A stretch of DNA of 41,550 nt from a virus (taxonomy: Duplodnaviria > Caudoviricetes), in the IMG/VR virus record IMGVR_UViG_3300020045_017667, positions 1 through 41,550 of that record; one strand, 5' to 3'. The stretch's first letter is position 1, and each line of letters begins with the position of its first letter. The translations under genes were made by a program, and so were the position numbers. The notes under the pieces are model-generated. The model was not told the DNA's origin and did no database searches. It was given only the letters and a program-made list of their open reading frames with translations. Below are positions 24,601 through 34,700 of this stretch, one piece after another.

Positions 24601-27600
24601 CAATGCCTGGGTTTGCAGATGCGAATAATTCCGTGGCAGGGATCAAATCCCTTGGATAAGCAGCCCGGCCTTCGCTAACGGCAGTGGCCACTATATCTTT
24701 GACATACTTTTGGGCATCCTCATATTCTGACTTCTTAAACATCTTTTCGGGACCCGTCAGCAAATCTTCCCTGAGCATGATAACTACATCTGGCTTGCCT
24801 TTTAATGGCGAGCCTTCAGCGTTCCAACCATCGGGCGCATATTCTTCGTTAAATGGGACCCTGGCCGCTACTTTAAACCCGGCTTTTTCGTACTGTTTGG
24901 TAAGGTAAATGTCGTAATTATCCATAAACATACCACCTAGGCTCTTGCGCAGGTTTAGCATGGCCACAGATACGTTTTTCTTGGTACTGTTAGCATTTTT
25001 TACAGAAGACAGCATTTCACCATCTCCTTTAAGCACGCTCATGGATGTACCATCTTTCGAGTAAACGAATATACCTCCTTCTTTAGCTATTTTATCGTAC
25101 TCAGATTGCTCGTATACATCTACCGACATTCCGTTTTCCTTCAGCGAAGCTTTGGCCTCTGACATTTTTTTGGCGTAACCGGTAGCATCTTTTGTGTATT
25201 CCAGGTCGCCTACAGTAGCGTTTGATTTAATATTTTTCTCTGAATACTTAGTATCCGTGACGCCCACATTTTTGACAAAATCAGATACAAGCTTGCCATT
25301 ATCGGAAGCTACTACACCTTTGAAGTTTCCGCCGTCCCAATATTCCTGCACATACTTGAAGTTTTCTTTGAGCCCTTTTATGTAGTCGGAGTATGTGGCC
25401 TGGTTTTCACGCATACCGGTTAAAACCTCTTCTGCCTTAACCGATATTTGTGAAGAGTCGAAATACTGTGTTTTGAATTCAGTATCCTTCATTTTCTCAT
25501 TAGCCGCCCATTGGGATTCGGATTCAGGGAAAAGTTTCTCCTCTGTGATGAACAATCCTCCCTTTTTTAAGTACGAATCCTTCACTTCTTTGATAAATTC
25601 ACCCCTTGAGTCCATTATGAACTGGAACGTCATAGACTCATGAACGATATCCGCCTTCCTTTTCGGATCATGCCTTACTATTAGGTCGCCCAAATTGTCA
25701 AACCCTTCATAGAATGCCTCTTTCACAAACTCACTACCTTTTACAGGAAGCGAATTGTGTACATCTTGCATGTCTTTGTTGGCGTCCAGGTTGATAGATT
25801 TTATTTTTCCGCCAGATGCGCTTGTTATGGCTTTGGCAAAACCGCCCTCAGACCCACCAATATCGTACAGCAAGGCCGATTTACCCTTAAACATCTTCAG
25901 TATCGCGGTACCAACCTTAATCTGCACGTCCCTGAACGCAGGTATCGAAGAAGCTATATGGGCATCAAATTTACCGTTGAACTTGTTGTATATCTTAAGG
26001 AATACAGATTCTTTTCCGGACAGTTCCAGTATTGGCTCCCATGGTTTTTTTGGGATAAACTTTTCTGATTTACCCGTAACTACATCAGAGAAAAAGTTCT
26101 GAGTCTTAACCGATTTATTCTCATCCTTTTTGCTTTGGAATAAATCGGGGTTGTTCTTTTTGTATGCAGATTTTACAAGCTCGACATAGGTACGGGCCGC
26201 CTTCTCTGTTGTGAACGCCTTTTTAGGAAAAGTACCGGCAATACTGACCGGAACATCGAGGTTGATGCCTGTGCCTTTAACCGATGCTATGACTTTTGAG
26301 CCTTCCTTATTTGGGACTACTTTTTCTTCTTTCCCGCCAACGACATTGCTATCGCTTGGATTTGTTTGTTTGACCTCGGCGTCCCGTTCGCGCCCCTTTC
26401 CTTTCCCGGTTTTTGGTTGTCCTTGTGCAACTCCCTGATGTTTGCTGATATCACTTTCTGGCTTGATCCCTTTTTTAATGGCATTTGGCACCTCCTTTTT
26501 TACTTTTGTAACGACTGTTTTTGTCGCAACGTCCGGAGCCACAACGGGCTCCAGAGTTGCTGGCTGTTCCGATTTAACCGGAACTACTTTGTCTTCGGTT
26601 TGCAGGGTTTCTTTTTCATTTTTAGCAAGTATTGGTTCAGGTTTTATTTCTGCCAGCATTTCAGTTACAACTTTTTCTGTAGGTTCAACGCCGAGCATTT
26701 CCTTATAAAGATCGCTCATGCCTTTGGAAGTATCTGTTTTACCACCAATGGCCGAGTATACTTGAAGCATCCATTTCTTGAAATCGTTAAATACAGCTTG
26801 CTGTACCGGGTCTTTGGATTTCTGGCCTTCCTTTAGCCAATTCTCGAATCCTACGGCGAAATGCTCATGCACGTTGGCATATTCCTTGCCGCCCGGCATA
26901 ATGTCCTTGATAGATACCTTAGTGCCTTTAGAGGCGTTATAATCACTCAAAACAGATTCGAGTACCGATGTGGCATATTTGTTCGTACCTGCACCGTGCT
27001 CATAAAGCCTTTGTTGGAAATAAGTGTGACCCAACGCTTCGTGGGCGAGGGTAGAGGTATTGGCTCCTTTGAATGCGGTGATAATAGCCTTGTTTTGGGC
27101 ATCGAATTCTATGGCTCCCAACTTCTCCTGACCCATACCTTCCTGGGTTCCTTTTGAGTTGAGTATACTTTTAGCTTCGGATTCGGTTCTAGCCTTTCCG
27201 GAGTCGATCATATCCTTTATGTAGGAAGCTTCGTTCCTGATCTTATTAATAGTTTCGCCGTACCAGTCTGCAGACTTCTTGCCGGTTTCTTTCGACCATG
27301 CGTTGGCTCTCATATCGGCAAGTTCGGAATGTACCTTAGCTGAAAGTGGATCGTATCCAACTACCTGTATAAGGGCATCGCGGTATTCCGCTTTGTTCTT
27401 GGGCGATGCCTCAGCAACACCTTCTGACTGGAATACTTTCTCTACGGACGGTTTCTTCAGGTAAAAGTCGGAGATTTCTTTCTCCATTTCCTTTTTCTGC
27501 AGCTCGAACGTTTCGTTCTGGGCTTTTACAGTAAATGGCGATTTAGCTTTATTGGCCAGGTTCTCATCGATATTGCGCTGGAGTATGGATATTTTTTCGG

Positions 27601-29470
27601 TCAGTATTTTGGCCTGTACATAATTCGGGTCTTCTGCGGCGACACTTTCGTCTATCCTTCTGACCAGGAATTCTTTTGTTGGCACGTCCATTTCCGTATC
27701 GGCCTCGATCATTTCTTTTATGGACTTGGCATGTTCTACCACTACCTTATCTACGACTACCACATCCATTACCTTGTCGAGGATGTTGGCCGTGGCAAGT
27801 TTCTGATTTTTCTTGATTGGGTCAGCTTCTGTTGAGGCATCTTCCCTTAGCTTGATGACATCAGCCCTAAACGATTCTTTTTCGGTAGGCGTTATGCCTT
27901 CAAACATCTTTTTGAGCTGCTTCACCTGGTAGTAATCAGACTTCCAATAGGAGTCGATCGCCCTTCCTGATAGCGCATCCCCGATATGTTTTCCACTCAA
28001 TGCCGCACCTAAAACAGCGGACGTTACAGCTTGCTTGCCTGTATACTCCTCTCCAGTTAAGCTAGCCATGGTTCCTTCTGCAGCCGGGAACGACAACGCA
28101 TTAACCCCAACTCCACCCAGGGTAGAAAGTGTAGCGTCACCCGTTTTTTCAAATAGAAGTTTTGACGTGTATCCAGAAAGCTTACCTCCGCCTTCAAACA
28201 GGGCGCCAGTGAGCATTCCTTTGCCACCCTCAATGATCGCAGCGCTCAGAGCTTCCGACGGGGCTATACCCTGGCTTCTGGCCTGATCGTAAGCTGAAAA
28301 AAACGAAGTGGATCCTATGTATGTAGAAATTTTTGGCACGTACGTCCCGGATATGACCTCAGCCGTAGGAATAGCTTTGCTTGCCAGCGCCATTTGCTCG
28401 GCGCTCTGTGGGGCTAACCCCCTGGCTAAACTTGGAGCTTTCCCGATATGGGGCATAAACTCCATAGCGACCATCATAGGAAGGATCGAACCCACACCTT
28501 CGATAGTGCTACTCAATAATTCATTATTAAGGAACGTTGGGTTCCAGTTTTCGTTTTGACCTTTTAAGTAACTACCTGCACTTTTAAATATATTGTCGGA
28601 AGAAAAATACCCGACCTTTTTATCTTTTTCGTAGATAGATTCTTTTGGAGCATCTACTTTTACGAAGTTGTTCAAAAAATCAGTTACCATCGTATTTGCG
28701 CCACCCAGAGAGTTTAGGACGTCAGAAGTGCCATTTATTGCACCTTTTGCTAACAAATTGGCCGCACCCCCGGCTGTTTCATCAAATGCTCGCGATATGG
28801 CGCCACCGGTAAGGGTTTGGTCCACAAAATCAACAACGGTAGCCAAAACAGGGTCTTGCCTTACAATGTCGAACTTTTCTTTCTCTTTACCCAATTCGGC
28901 CAGGTTCACTTCGTTTAAGCCTGTTTGCTCCAACGGTTTTTCGCCGGGGTTAGCTTTGATAAGCGACTTCTTTTCCGACAGGGTTAAGTTCTCCATGCCT
29001 TTTACGTAGGCCTCGGCGTTTTTATCCTTTGGCCTATATACGTCAGGTTTAGCTCCACCTATTGGCAAGTTGGGCAACTGTGCTGCGAATTTATCTTCAT
29101 TTTCCTTAGCTGAGGTTACAGCCTTGGTAGCATCAGCACCCCATGCAGCTAATAATTCATCCACATTTGGCTTAGCACCTACTATTACTTTGAATTTAGT
29201 AGGTTCGAATTTAGATATACCGGGGGTATTTTCAGGTTGCTCTGGGACTACCTGACCCGAAGTATTCGTTGGATTATAAACCGCGTCATGCGCACTAAGA
29301 TCGCCTTGAGAAGGTTGCTTCCCAACCAATGAGGGGGATTCTGATGGTAAAGGAGCTGTCGGCTCTTTTTTTTTTAATGCATCAATAGCGCCTGAAGGAA
29401 TAGTATATTTACCAGATACAGTGTTGGTTGTAGTGGCTGATTGCGGCATCTTGTATTTCCCGTCCTGCAT
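21683..29470 (-). CDS. Giant polyvalent virion ejection/cargo protein (zincin + CmoA-like methyltransferase + GNAT-like + helical C-terminus)
   Basis: STLAHEALGH...HEHFA..FE.WL; FDAHIASSIP, LYDIGGSEG, MTFQFI, LKKGGLFITEEK; YEKAGFKVAARVPFNEEYAPDGW..KPDVV; follows tail genes. Confidence 0.8.
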   Translation of the reverse strand: MQDGKYKMPQSATTTNTVSGKYTIPSGAIDALKKKEPTAPLPSESPSLVGKQPSQGDLSAHDAVYNPTNTSGQVVPEQPENTPGISKFEPTKFKVIVGAKPNVDELLAAWGADATKAVTSAKENEDKFAAQLPNLPIGGAKPDVYRPKDKNAEAYVKGMENLTLSEKKSLIKANPGEKPLEQTGLNEVNLAELGKEKEKFDIVRQDPVLATVVDFVDQTLTGGAISRAFDETAGGAANLLAKGAINGTSDVLNSLGGANTMVTDFLNNFVKVDAPKESIYEKDKKVGYFSSDNIFKSAGSYLKGQNENWNPTFLNNELLSSTIEGVGSILPMMVAMEFMPHIGKAPSLARGLAPQSAEQMALASKAIPTAEVISGTYVPKISTYIGSTSFFSAYDQARSQGIAPSEALSAAIIEGGKGMLTGALFEGGGKLSGYTSKLLFEKTGDATLSTLGGVGVNALSFPAAEGTMASLTGEEYTGKQAVTSAVLGAALSGKHIGDALSGRAIDSYWKSDYYQVKQLKKMFEGITPTEKESFRADVIKLREDASTEADPIKKNQKLATANILDKVMDVVVVDKVVVEHAKSIKEMIEADTEMDVPTKEFLVRRIDESVAAEDPNYVQAKILTEKISILQRNIDENLANKAKSPFTVKAQNETFELQKKEMEKEISDFYLKKPSVEKVFQSEGVAEASPKNKAEYRDALIQVVGYDPLSAKVHSELADMRANAWSKETGKKSADWYGETINKIRNEASYIKDMIDSGKARTESEAKSILNSKGTQEGMGQEKLGAIEFDAQNKAIITAFKGANTSTLAHEALGHTYFQQRLYEHGAGTNKYATSVLESVLSDYNASKGTKVSIKDIMPGGKEYANVHEHFAVGFENWLKEGQKSKDPVQQAVFNDFKKWMLQVYSAIGGKTDTSKGMSDLYKEMLGVEPTEKVVTEMLAEIKPEPILAKNEKETLQTEDKVVPVKSEQPATLEPVVAPDVATKTVVTKVKKEVPNAIKKGIKPESDISKHQGVAQGQPKTGKGKGRERDAEVKQTNPSDSNVVGGKEEKVVPNKEGSKVIASVKGTGINLDVPVSIAGTFPKKAFTTEKAARTYVELVKSAYKKNNPDLFQSKKDENKSVKTQNFFSDVVTGKSEKFIPKKPWEPILELSGKESVFLKIYNKFNGKFDAHIASSIPAFRDVQIKVGTAILKMFKGKSALLYDIGGSEGGFAKAITSASGGKIKSINLDANKDMQDVHNSLPVKGSEFVKEAFYEGFDNLGDLIVRHDPKRKADIVHESMTFQFIMDSRGEFIKEVKDSYLKKGGLFITEEKLFPESESQWAANEKMKDTEFKTQYFDSSQISVKAEEVLTGMRENQATYSDYIKGLKENFKYVQEYWDGGNFKGVVASDNGKLVSDFVKNVGVTDTKYSEKNIKSNATVGDLEYTKDATGYAKKMSEAKASLKENGMSVDVYEQSEYDKIAKEGGIFVYSKDGTSMSVLKGDGEMLSSVKNANSTKKNVSVAMLNLRKSLGGMFMDNYDIYLTKQYEKAGFKVAARVPFNEEYAPDGWNAEGSPLKGKPDVVIMLREDLLTGPEKMFKKSEYEDAQKYVKDIVATAVSEGRAAYPRDLIPATELFASANPGIGKRTESKVSAVRATINQRVQDLNKEFFGSETPESKDIKAKPGAFSRAVKKTTGYNLGGLSRMQNVGWTDFVQSNGDKVAGAVGKMMGGKYAVLRGSARFVDGLMANVAKTVKEVGQGELMGGSIDTAKETVRRIAGNLYESLLGNRESLSRIDRVLDPEFFNKKTRSEYEQYLKDNLSEKEFEDKDPAEIDAMYESLKESAGWDRDGLSEYTDYLKASLDPVDFSALTPAKIASDFKDMQDNKTAGYLKFGHHDLTTADLLPNELAVYNMTRKLFDLVHDMNYVLKLDDITYDKYKGKYSARFYDKYEVPEEISSEIEALSTKMELGGFKQRGVLDDWKMQHKLQDPIYAVSKRFGQALSNEAIHNYASWIVKESPEHISKTEKAGFTLMGKGYGPLSGKYLRLDVAESFKGIKFANEYFNAIYKGFKGYSSFAPRLWLKKGVTVYRPDVNLGNITGNFVFASLIGINPMRLAGNMKYAIEQEQSYGDIYRFLLKKGILNPGSTLDDLKKASIVIENDIYGKTDPLTLAGRLKNADGAWTKFYQNVDQWSKIAAFKSLVDIGIPPDKAAAKVADGFQNFRRIGRIYDFASKTPVVGPPFAKFSGDLLRIMKSATMKNPLNLAIFFGTMKMLGNLTSQYIGQETEEEMRIRTSRTGVPKIPMFKALGGAIPLEFKLGKNAVNLARFLSPIYGMDMSDKNDYMGAFMRLSPYNFATEDNPNTVKLAFYKLISSDILTAPVMGIAFDTDWLGKSVSDPSVTEFRPVSNLTESQKLENYARFAMRGWVPGYGQLLDDMANIYQTMDPKTGTGTDKYGRQKSYAMALVRYLGYNAQVFDDAKYQSVVEKAIIKEAKGIEETLNALTYAKNVFEGRTKGDAMTKEQYARKVNVILARQNAFIASAKAKIKENIKTVPLKNVGDVINQINSHNKIATLLGLPESVSTGSGIGIRSEQNIGVKSSGSIGVKQERSLGVKK

Positions 29471-29472
29471 GG

Positions 29473-30906
29473 TTAGTCTGTTATGTCTATGGTTTCCTTA
29501 AAATAATTACGTACGTCCTGTTCTGAAGCTCCAGGGTTATCGGCCATAAGGGTCTTTATAGACACCCTTTCTCTTTTCGTTGTGCCAAAATTTTCAGGCT
29601 CTATCTTAAACCCAGCTTGCTCCTTAGCCGGTAGTGATTTTTTGTACGCAGCCAGATTTATATCGGTAGCAGGGATAGCCAACTCGCGCTGAACTGACTT
29701 GGATATTTTCTTCAATTTATCATTAGGATCCGGCACCTCCTCTGTTGACGTAGATGTTCCGACTAGATACCGTTTGTATTCGACCTTACCTTGTTGATCC
29801 GGATGTGCGGCCAGGTATTCGTCGGTAGCCAAGTACCATCCGGCTTTACCCTTCGATGGTTTTCTGTAAATAACAGGCATTTCCCGGATGGTAGTAACCT
29901 TCATTTTTGGGCTAAGTGTCGATTCTGTAGGACCAGCATACATACTCATGTCCATGGATTGACCTGCCGGGAATATCACCTCAGACTGTTTTGTGGGGAT
30001 CTCGTTTCCGTAGGTGTAGTTTTGGGTATTCACCTTCTGCTTGTTGTCCACAGACCAAGCCGATGTCAGTTGCCTTTTATTCCCAGGTACTGGCTCATTG
30101 GATGACGGAGGCATGTTCACAATAGTAGTAGAACTTGCCCTTGGCGTTTTAACCGTGAACGTATCATTGTTTTTATCAAACATCGATCCGTATGTCTTCT
30201 GCAAGTATGTGCCAATCTGGGCTGAATTATATCCATTAGCTGGTTTTGGGATCCCGGATTGCTCCATTTCCTTGGAAACTTTGTTTTGGATAAGCTGGTT
30301 TTCCGAGACGATGGCCATCATTTGCGGCAAAGACTCGAACACCTCTTTTTTATGGATCTCGTTGCCTTTTACATACGTGGTTTCTACCGGGTTCGATTTT
30401 ATGTTTTTGCCAAAATATTCCTGCAAACTAACCCTTGGCTGGATAACGGTCCATGCGGATGACCTGTCGGACAATGGGGTTTGCGACCACGACTGCAAGG
30501 ATCGAAGTGTCTCCTCTTTGTCTATGGCTGGATCAGATACCGCTTTCTTCATAACGTCCAGGTACTCCTTACGGTGCTCTTCCGATACAGCGGCCTTCTG
30601 TAATAATTGTTGTTTTTTAGCAAGCAATTCGGCCTGCTGCTGCCATGGGATACGACCCCTGGAACTAGCAGTGCCTTTAACCACTTCGTTTATATAGTCC
30701 TCTTTTGATTTTTGCAGCTCTGCATTATCTCCGGCAAAAACATTGCCAAGCGATACCGAGGCCAGCTCTGCAAGCTTGGCGTCACGCCTCTCCTGCTCAA
30801 CTGCTTTAAATTGAGTCATCTTCATCATATTCCCGGCCAGGTCATTTACGGCAGGGGTTATGGTGTCATTTGGAAGTACGGCTATATTTGATGTAAACTG
30901 TGGCAT
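29473..30906 (-). CDS. Putative ejection/cargo protein
   Basis: Helical Q/E/K-rich N-terminal half; between muzzle and giant protein. Confidence 0.6.
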   Translation of the reverse strand: MPQFTSNIAVLPNDTITPAVNDLAGNMMKMTQFKAVEQERRDAKLAELASVSLGNVFAGDNAELQKSKEDYINEVVKGTASSRGRIPWQQQAELLAKKQQLLQKAAVSEEHRKEYLDVMKKAVSDPAIDKEETLRSLQSWSQTPLSDRSSAWTVIQPRVSLQEYFGKNIKSNPVETTYVKGNEIHKKEVFESLPQMMAIVSENQLIQNKVSKEMEQSGIPKPANGYNSAQIGTYLQKTYGSMFDKNNDTFTVKTPRASSTTIVNMPPSSNEPVPGNKRQLTSAWSVDNKQKVNTQNYTYGNEIPTKQSEVIFPAGQSMDMSMYAGPTESTLSPKMKVTTIREMPVIYRKPSKGKAGWYLATDEYLAAHPDQQGKVEYKRYLVGTSTSTEEVPDPNDKLKKISKSVQRELAIPATDINLAAYKKSLPAKEQAGFKIEPENFGTTKRERVSIKTLMADNPGASEQDVRNYFKETIDITD

Positions 30907-30914
30907 ATGTTATA

Positions 30915-31703
30915 CTATTTGGCAACAGGGGAGAATTGGGACCCCATCCCTCCCATCAATAGATCCATAAAACTCTTTGTACCGCCAGAGCCTGAAGCTC
31001 CAGCCAACCCGATAGACTCTAGGTATTTCAAAATATCCCTGGAAGGAGCCACCGAAGCCCCAATACCCAAAGCTGGCTGAGTAGCGGTAGCAACAGTAGT
31101 AGGCGGCTGCGGATTATTTAACGGCATTCCACTACCGTTATAATAATCCTCCATATCGTTGGCCATCTTCATATTCCCGTAAGCCGATATGCCTCCGGAT
31201 ATACCGCCAGTAATCCCTTTGAGCAGTTCAGATGTGCCGGTCATCCTCTCAGCTCCGGCAGACATCTTTATCTGGTTGTTGTACTGGTCGTACTGACCTT
31301 GTACAGCGCCCTCCTGCTGCATATAGTTGCCAAGGTTTGACATATTCTGAATCTTGGCCACTGCGTCCTTTATCGATAAATCGGCAAGGCCTTGATTGAC
31401 CCCGGACTGGGCATCTGAAAGCGCTCCCATTATGCTGGCGGGATTATCGGCAACCGACTGGTACGCCCTAAGCGAACTTGGTACAGTACCCATAAGGTCA
31501 AGCTTGGCCTGATCTACGCCCGGTAATCCGGTAGCCGCGAGTTTCTCATATATGCCTCTGGCCTCCTTGTACTGGGACGGCATGTCCAGTGTTGACCCAT
31601 CAAGCAGCTTTGCGTACTTGTCATGGGACGATTTGGCAACTATTCCCCCAATTAGCTGAGGTATTGCAGTGAGTAGTCCGGCTGGACCAGCGCCTAATCC
31701 CAT
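30915..31703 (-). CDS. Putative ejection/DNA-pilot protein
   Basis: Gly/Ala-rich hydrophobic N-terminus, Q/A/M-rich helices, GITGGISGG; directly after muzzle. Confidence 0.65.
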   Translation of the reverse strand: MGLGAGPAGLLTAIPQLIGGIVAKSSHDKYAKLLDGSTLDMPSQYKEARGIYEKLAATGLPGVDQAKLDLMGTVPSSLRAYQSVADNPASIMGALSDAQSGVNQGLADLSIKDAVAKIQNMSNLGNYMQQEGAVQGQYDQYNNQIKMSAGAERMTGTSELLKGITGGISGGISAYGNMKMANDMEDYYNGSGMPLNNPQPPTTVATATQPALGIGASVAPSRDILKYLESIGLAGASGSGGTKSFMDLLMGGMGSQFSPVAK

Positions 31704-31706
31704 AGA

Positions 31707-34700
31707 TTATCTTGTTAGTGGTGAATGAGTACAATTGATAATTATACTGTGCAAAATTACTTCAGTTGTGTCGCTATTCCTAATGGTCATTTGCATGAAT
31801 TGACCCCTTAAAGGATCTCCGTTTATAAGATCCATTATGTTTGGCTTAGGGCTAGAAGTAACCGCGTTTCTTAATAAGGGGGCATACCATACGCCCTCCT
31901 CCGATTTATACTGATAAGCTGTCAGTTTTGATACCATTCCAAGGGGCTGGTTTTCGCTCGCCACAATCTGGATATCCTCGTACTCTTCGGATGTAAATTT
32001 CTTGTTTGAGTTCTGTACGATACTATCGTACAACTTGACTGTTTGGGGACTAACGTTAGAAACGAAAGATATCTCCATGTTGTTATTGACCCCGAAAAAC
32101 GATCCCCTTGTTGGGTTTACGTCATGCTTCCATATCCTTCCGGACAAAAACGAATAGAAGTAATCGCCGGCATTTATGTACCCCGATGGAGACAAGCCAG
32201 TTTCGTCAGCGTAATCAAGCAGACATTTTGCGTTACCGTATTTTTGACTCAACAGGATAGTCACGGGGTCGCCCGTAGTCGGGGTGAATGTGAATACCAC
32301 TTCGCCATATTTGTTATTTACTCCGGCTACTACAGATCCGCCATTGGTTGCTATGTCGTCAGCTATGGATCGTACCAAACTGGATATTTTCCACAACGAG
32401 GAAATGTCTTCTGGCCCATTAGCTGAATCTCTGACTATGCATTTTGAGTTACGGTCAAAGAAAAACATCTGGCGCTCGCGGACAACTATACTTTCTGGGT
32501 CAGATGAGCCGTACGGTAGTTCGGATGGGTTGGTAGTGTTGAACACATTATCCGTGGCTACGACTACCTGGGCTCCGTCTGCACCGGCCTGGCGCAATCC
32601 GTTCTTGCCTATGTACACGCTGGTCACTTTCCTGTCCTGGACGATCTTGAGGGTATATCCGATTTGGGATAAGCTCCTTATGTCGCCATGGCTCGCATCT
32701 ATCGGAAGGTACTTGTCATATTCAAACGATCCCAGGCCGTTAGTTTTTGTTTCTGCGAAATAAGGATTACTTCTCCTTATAACGTTAGAAAACTTAGATT
32801 TAGCCGTTATATCGTATAAATTTACCCTGCCATTTGTAAATACAGGAGAATCAAAGAAGTCGCTATACATATCGCTTTCAACCCAGAACCTACGATGGCC
32901 GGGAGAGTCATCTGGCGATAACCTGTACGGCATAGGTCTCAATATATGCGCAACGTCCACAGCTCCAAAACTTCCAGATTGAACCGAATGCACTCCAACA
33001 CCACTGGTTAGATCTATGTTATACGTCTCGCCTATTTCGTAATATACCTCATTGGAGTAGTTTTTATTTACAGAGTATATTTCTACTAACGAACCTCTGT
33101 TCATGGTGTTTGAATCAACAAAAATACGACTAACCCTTATTGTGTTGGTGTCATCTCCATCCGTATCTTGGGCATATCCAATAATTTCTACGTCTATATA
33201 ATCGTTAATCCTTTTTCCTAATGGATAAAATCCACCACCTCCATTACCTGGGCGATTTACGTAAGGGGCGGTAATGAACCTAACCCTATCTCCTGGAGAG
33301 AAAATATATGGGTGTAGTAACGATGTTGAAATAGGGAACTCAACAGATAGGCTACCATCCGTCATCTCTCCCGTATCAGAATCAAATGTGCCTTTAAAGG
33401 TTAATTCATTAAGCAAGCTTAAATTTATGTATGAAGACGAAGAGTCATTAGGAATGTTATACACGGCCTTCTCACCCAAGGCTCCCCCTATAATATATTG
33501 CCGGAATGCACCAACTCCGCTTCTGCCAGCATATGCCCAGTGGTACTTAGTTGCCCATGCTGGTGGGTCATGAAAGATACCCCATGTTATTATGTTCCTG
33601 AAATTATTAGACTGGGTAGATACTTCTCCCGCCGCAACTTCGTACGTCGATTTTATGTATATCTCACAAGTTTCATTGGTTTGAACGGTAGATAACCTGC
33701 CGGCATCATCAGAGTACACTAGCCCGAACCTGTGCAGGCACCCAGACTTAGCCCCTCCATATACTTCACTAATAGACGCACCCTCCTCTATAGCGTGGAA
33801 GTATACCCTGGACTCTATTTTAGCTACTCCTTGCGACACCGATTCGCCTATCAATGGGGTTATGGCTAACTCTGCCCCATCTGGAACCAATGGGAATGGC
33901 GGATTTGGAGATATCAAATTGGGGGGCAACTCATCACACGCAACAGAAAAATCAGAAAAATCAGAGTTTATATACCCCTTCAAGTAATCGTGAAAAGATT
34001 GTACTGAATTGGCGTTAGTAGCAGTATTTACCTGATACGACCTACTCCTACTCACGGGATTAGTGTAAGCTGTCTCTCCTGGATATTTTATAAATAAAGA
34101 TATTTCAACAACCATCATATAGTCGTTGGTCAACACAGAAATAATCCCTGGGTCGTTAAATAATACAGACACAGAGTAAGTCACGTCCCCGTCTACTACA
34201 TCGTAATTAGATGACTGTAATTGGAAAAACTGTAAGCCAACAACACCTATAGGAAGAATGTCTTTTATACTACCCATTACGCAGGATACGGGGACATTAT
34301 CAAAACCCTCCACACACCCACCATATGCCAAATATTTACCATCAATCAACTCTTGTGAGTTAGTTTGTATTGGTAAATAATCAAATGGCCTGTTGATGTT
34401 TTTTTGGTCAACTGCGCTAACAACAGAGTTGCCATAAAACCTGTACGTATAAACGCTATCATCAAGTATGGATAATTCATGCTTATCTATAACCTTAGAT
34501 AGCACCCAATCTCCAGATATACCCTCCCTGTGCATCACCTCAATAAAGGAGACTGAACATGACCCTGTTTTTACAGAGATATCTATAGCGTTGTAAATAA
34601 CGTAGTCGAAAATATCCGACCCGTCGTAGGTATATCCATCTTTAGCCAACACTGACTTGCAGATAGGAGAACATACTGATTCACCATAATCATCGTATAT

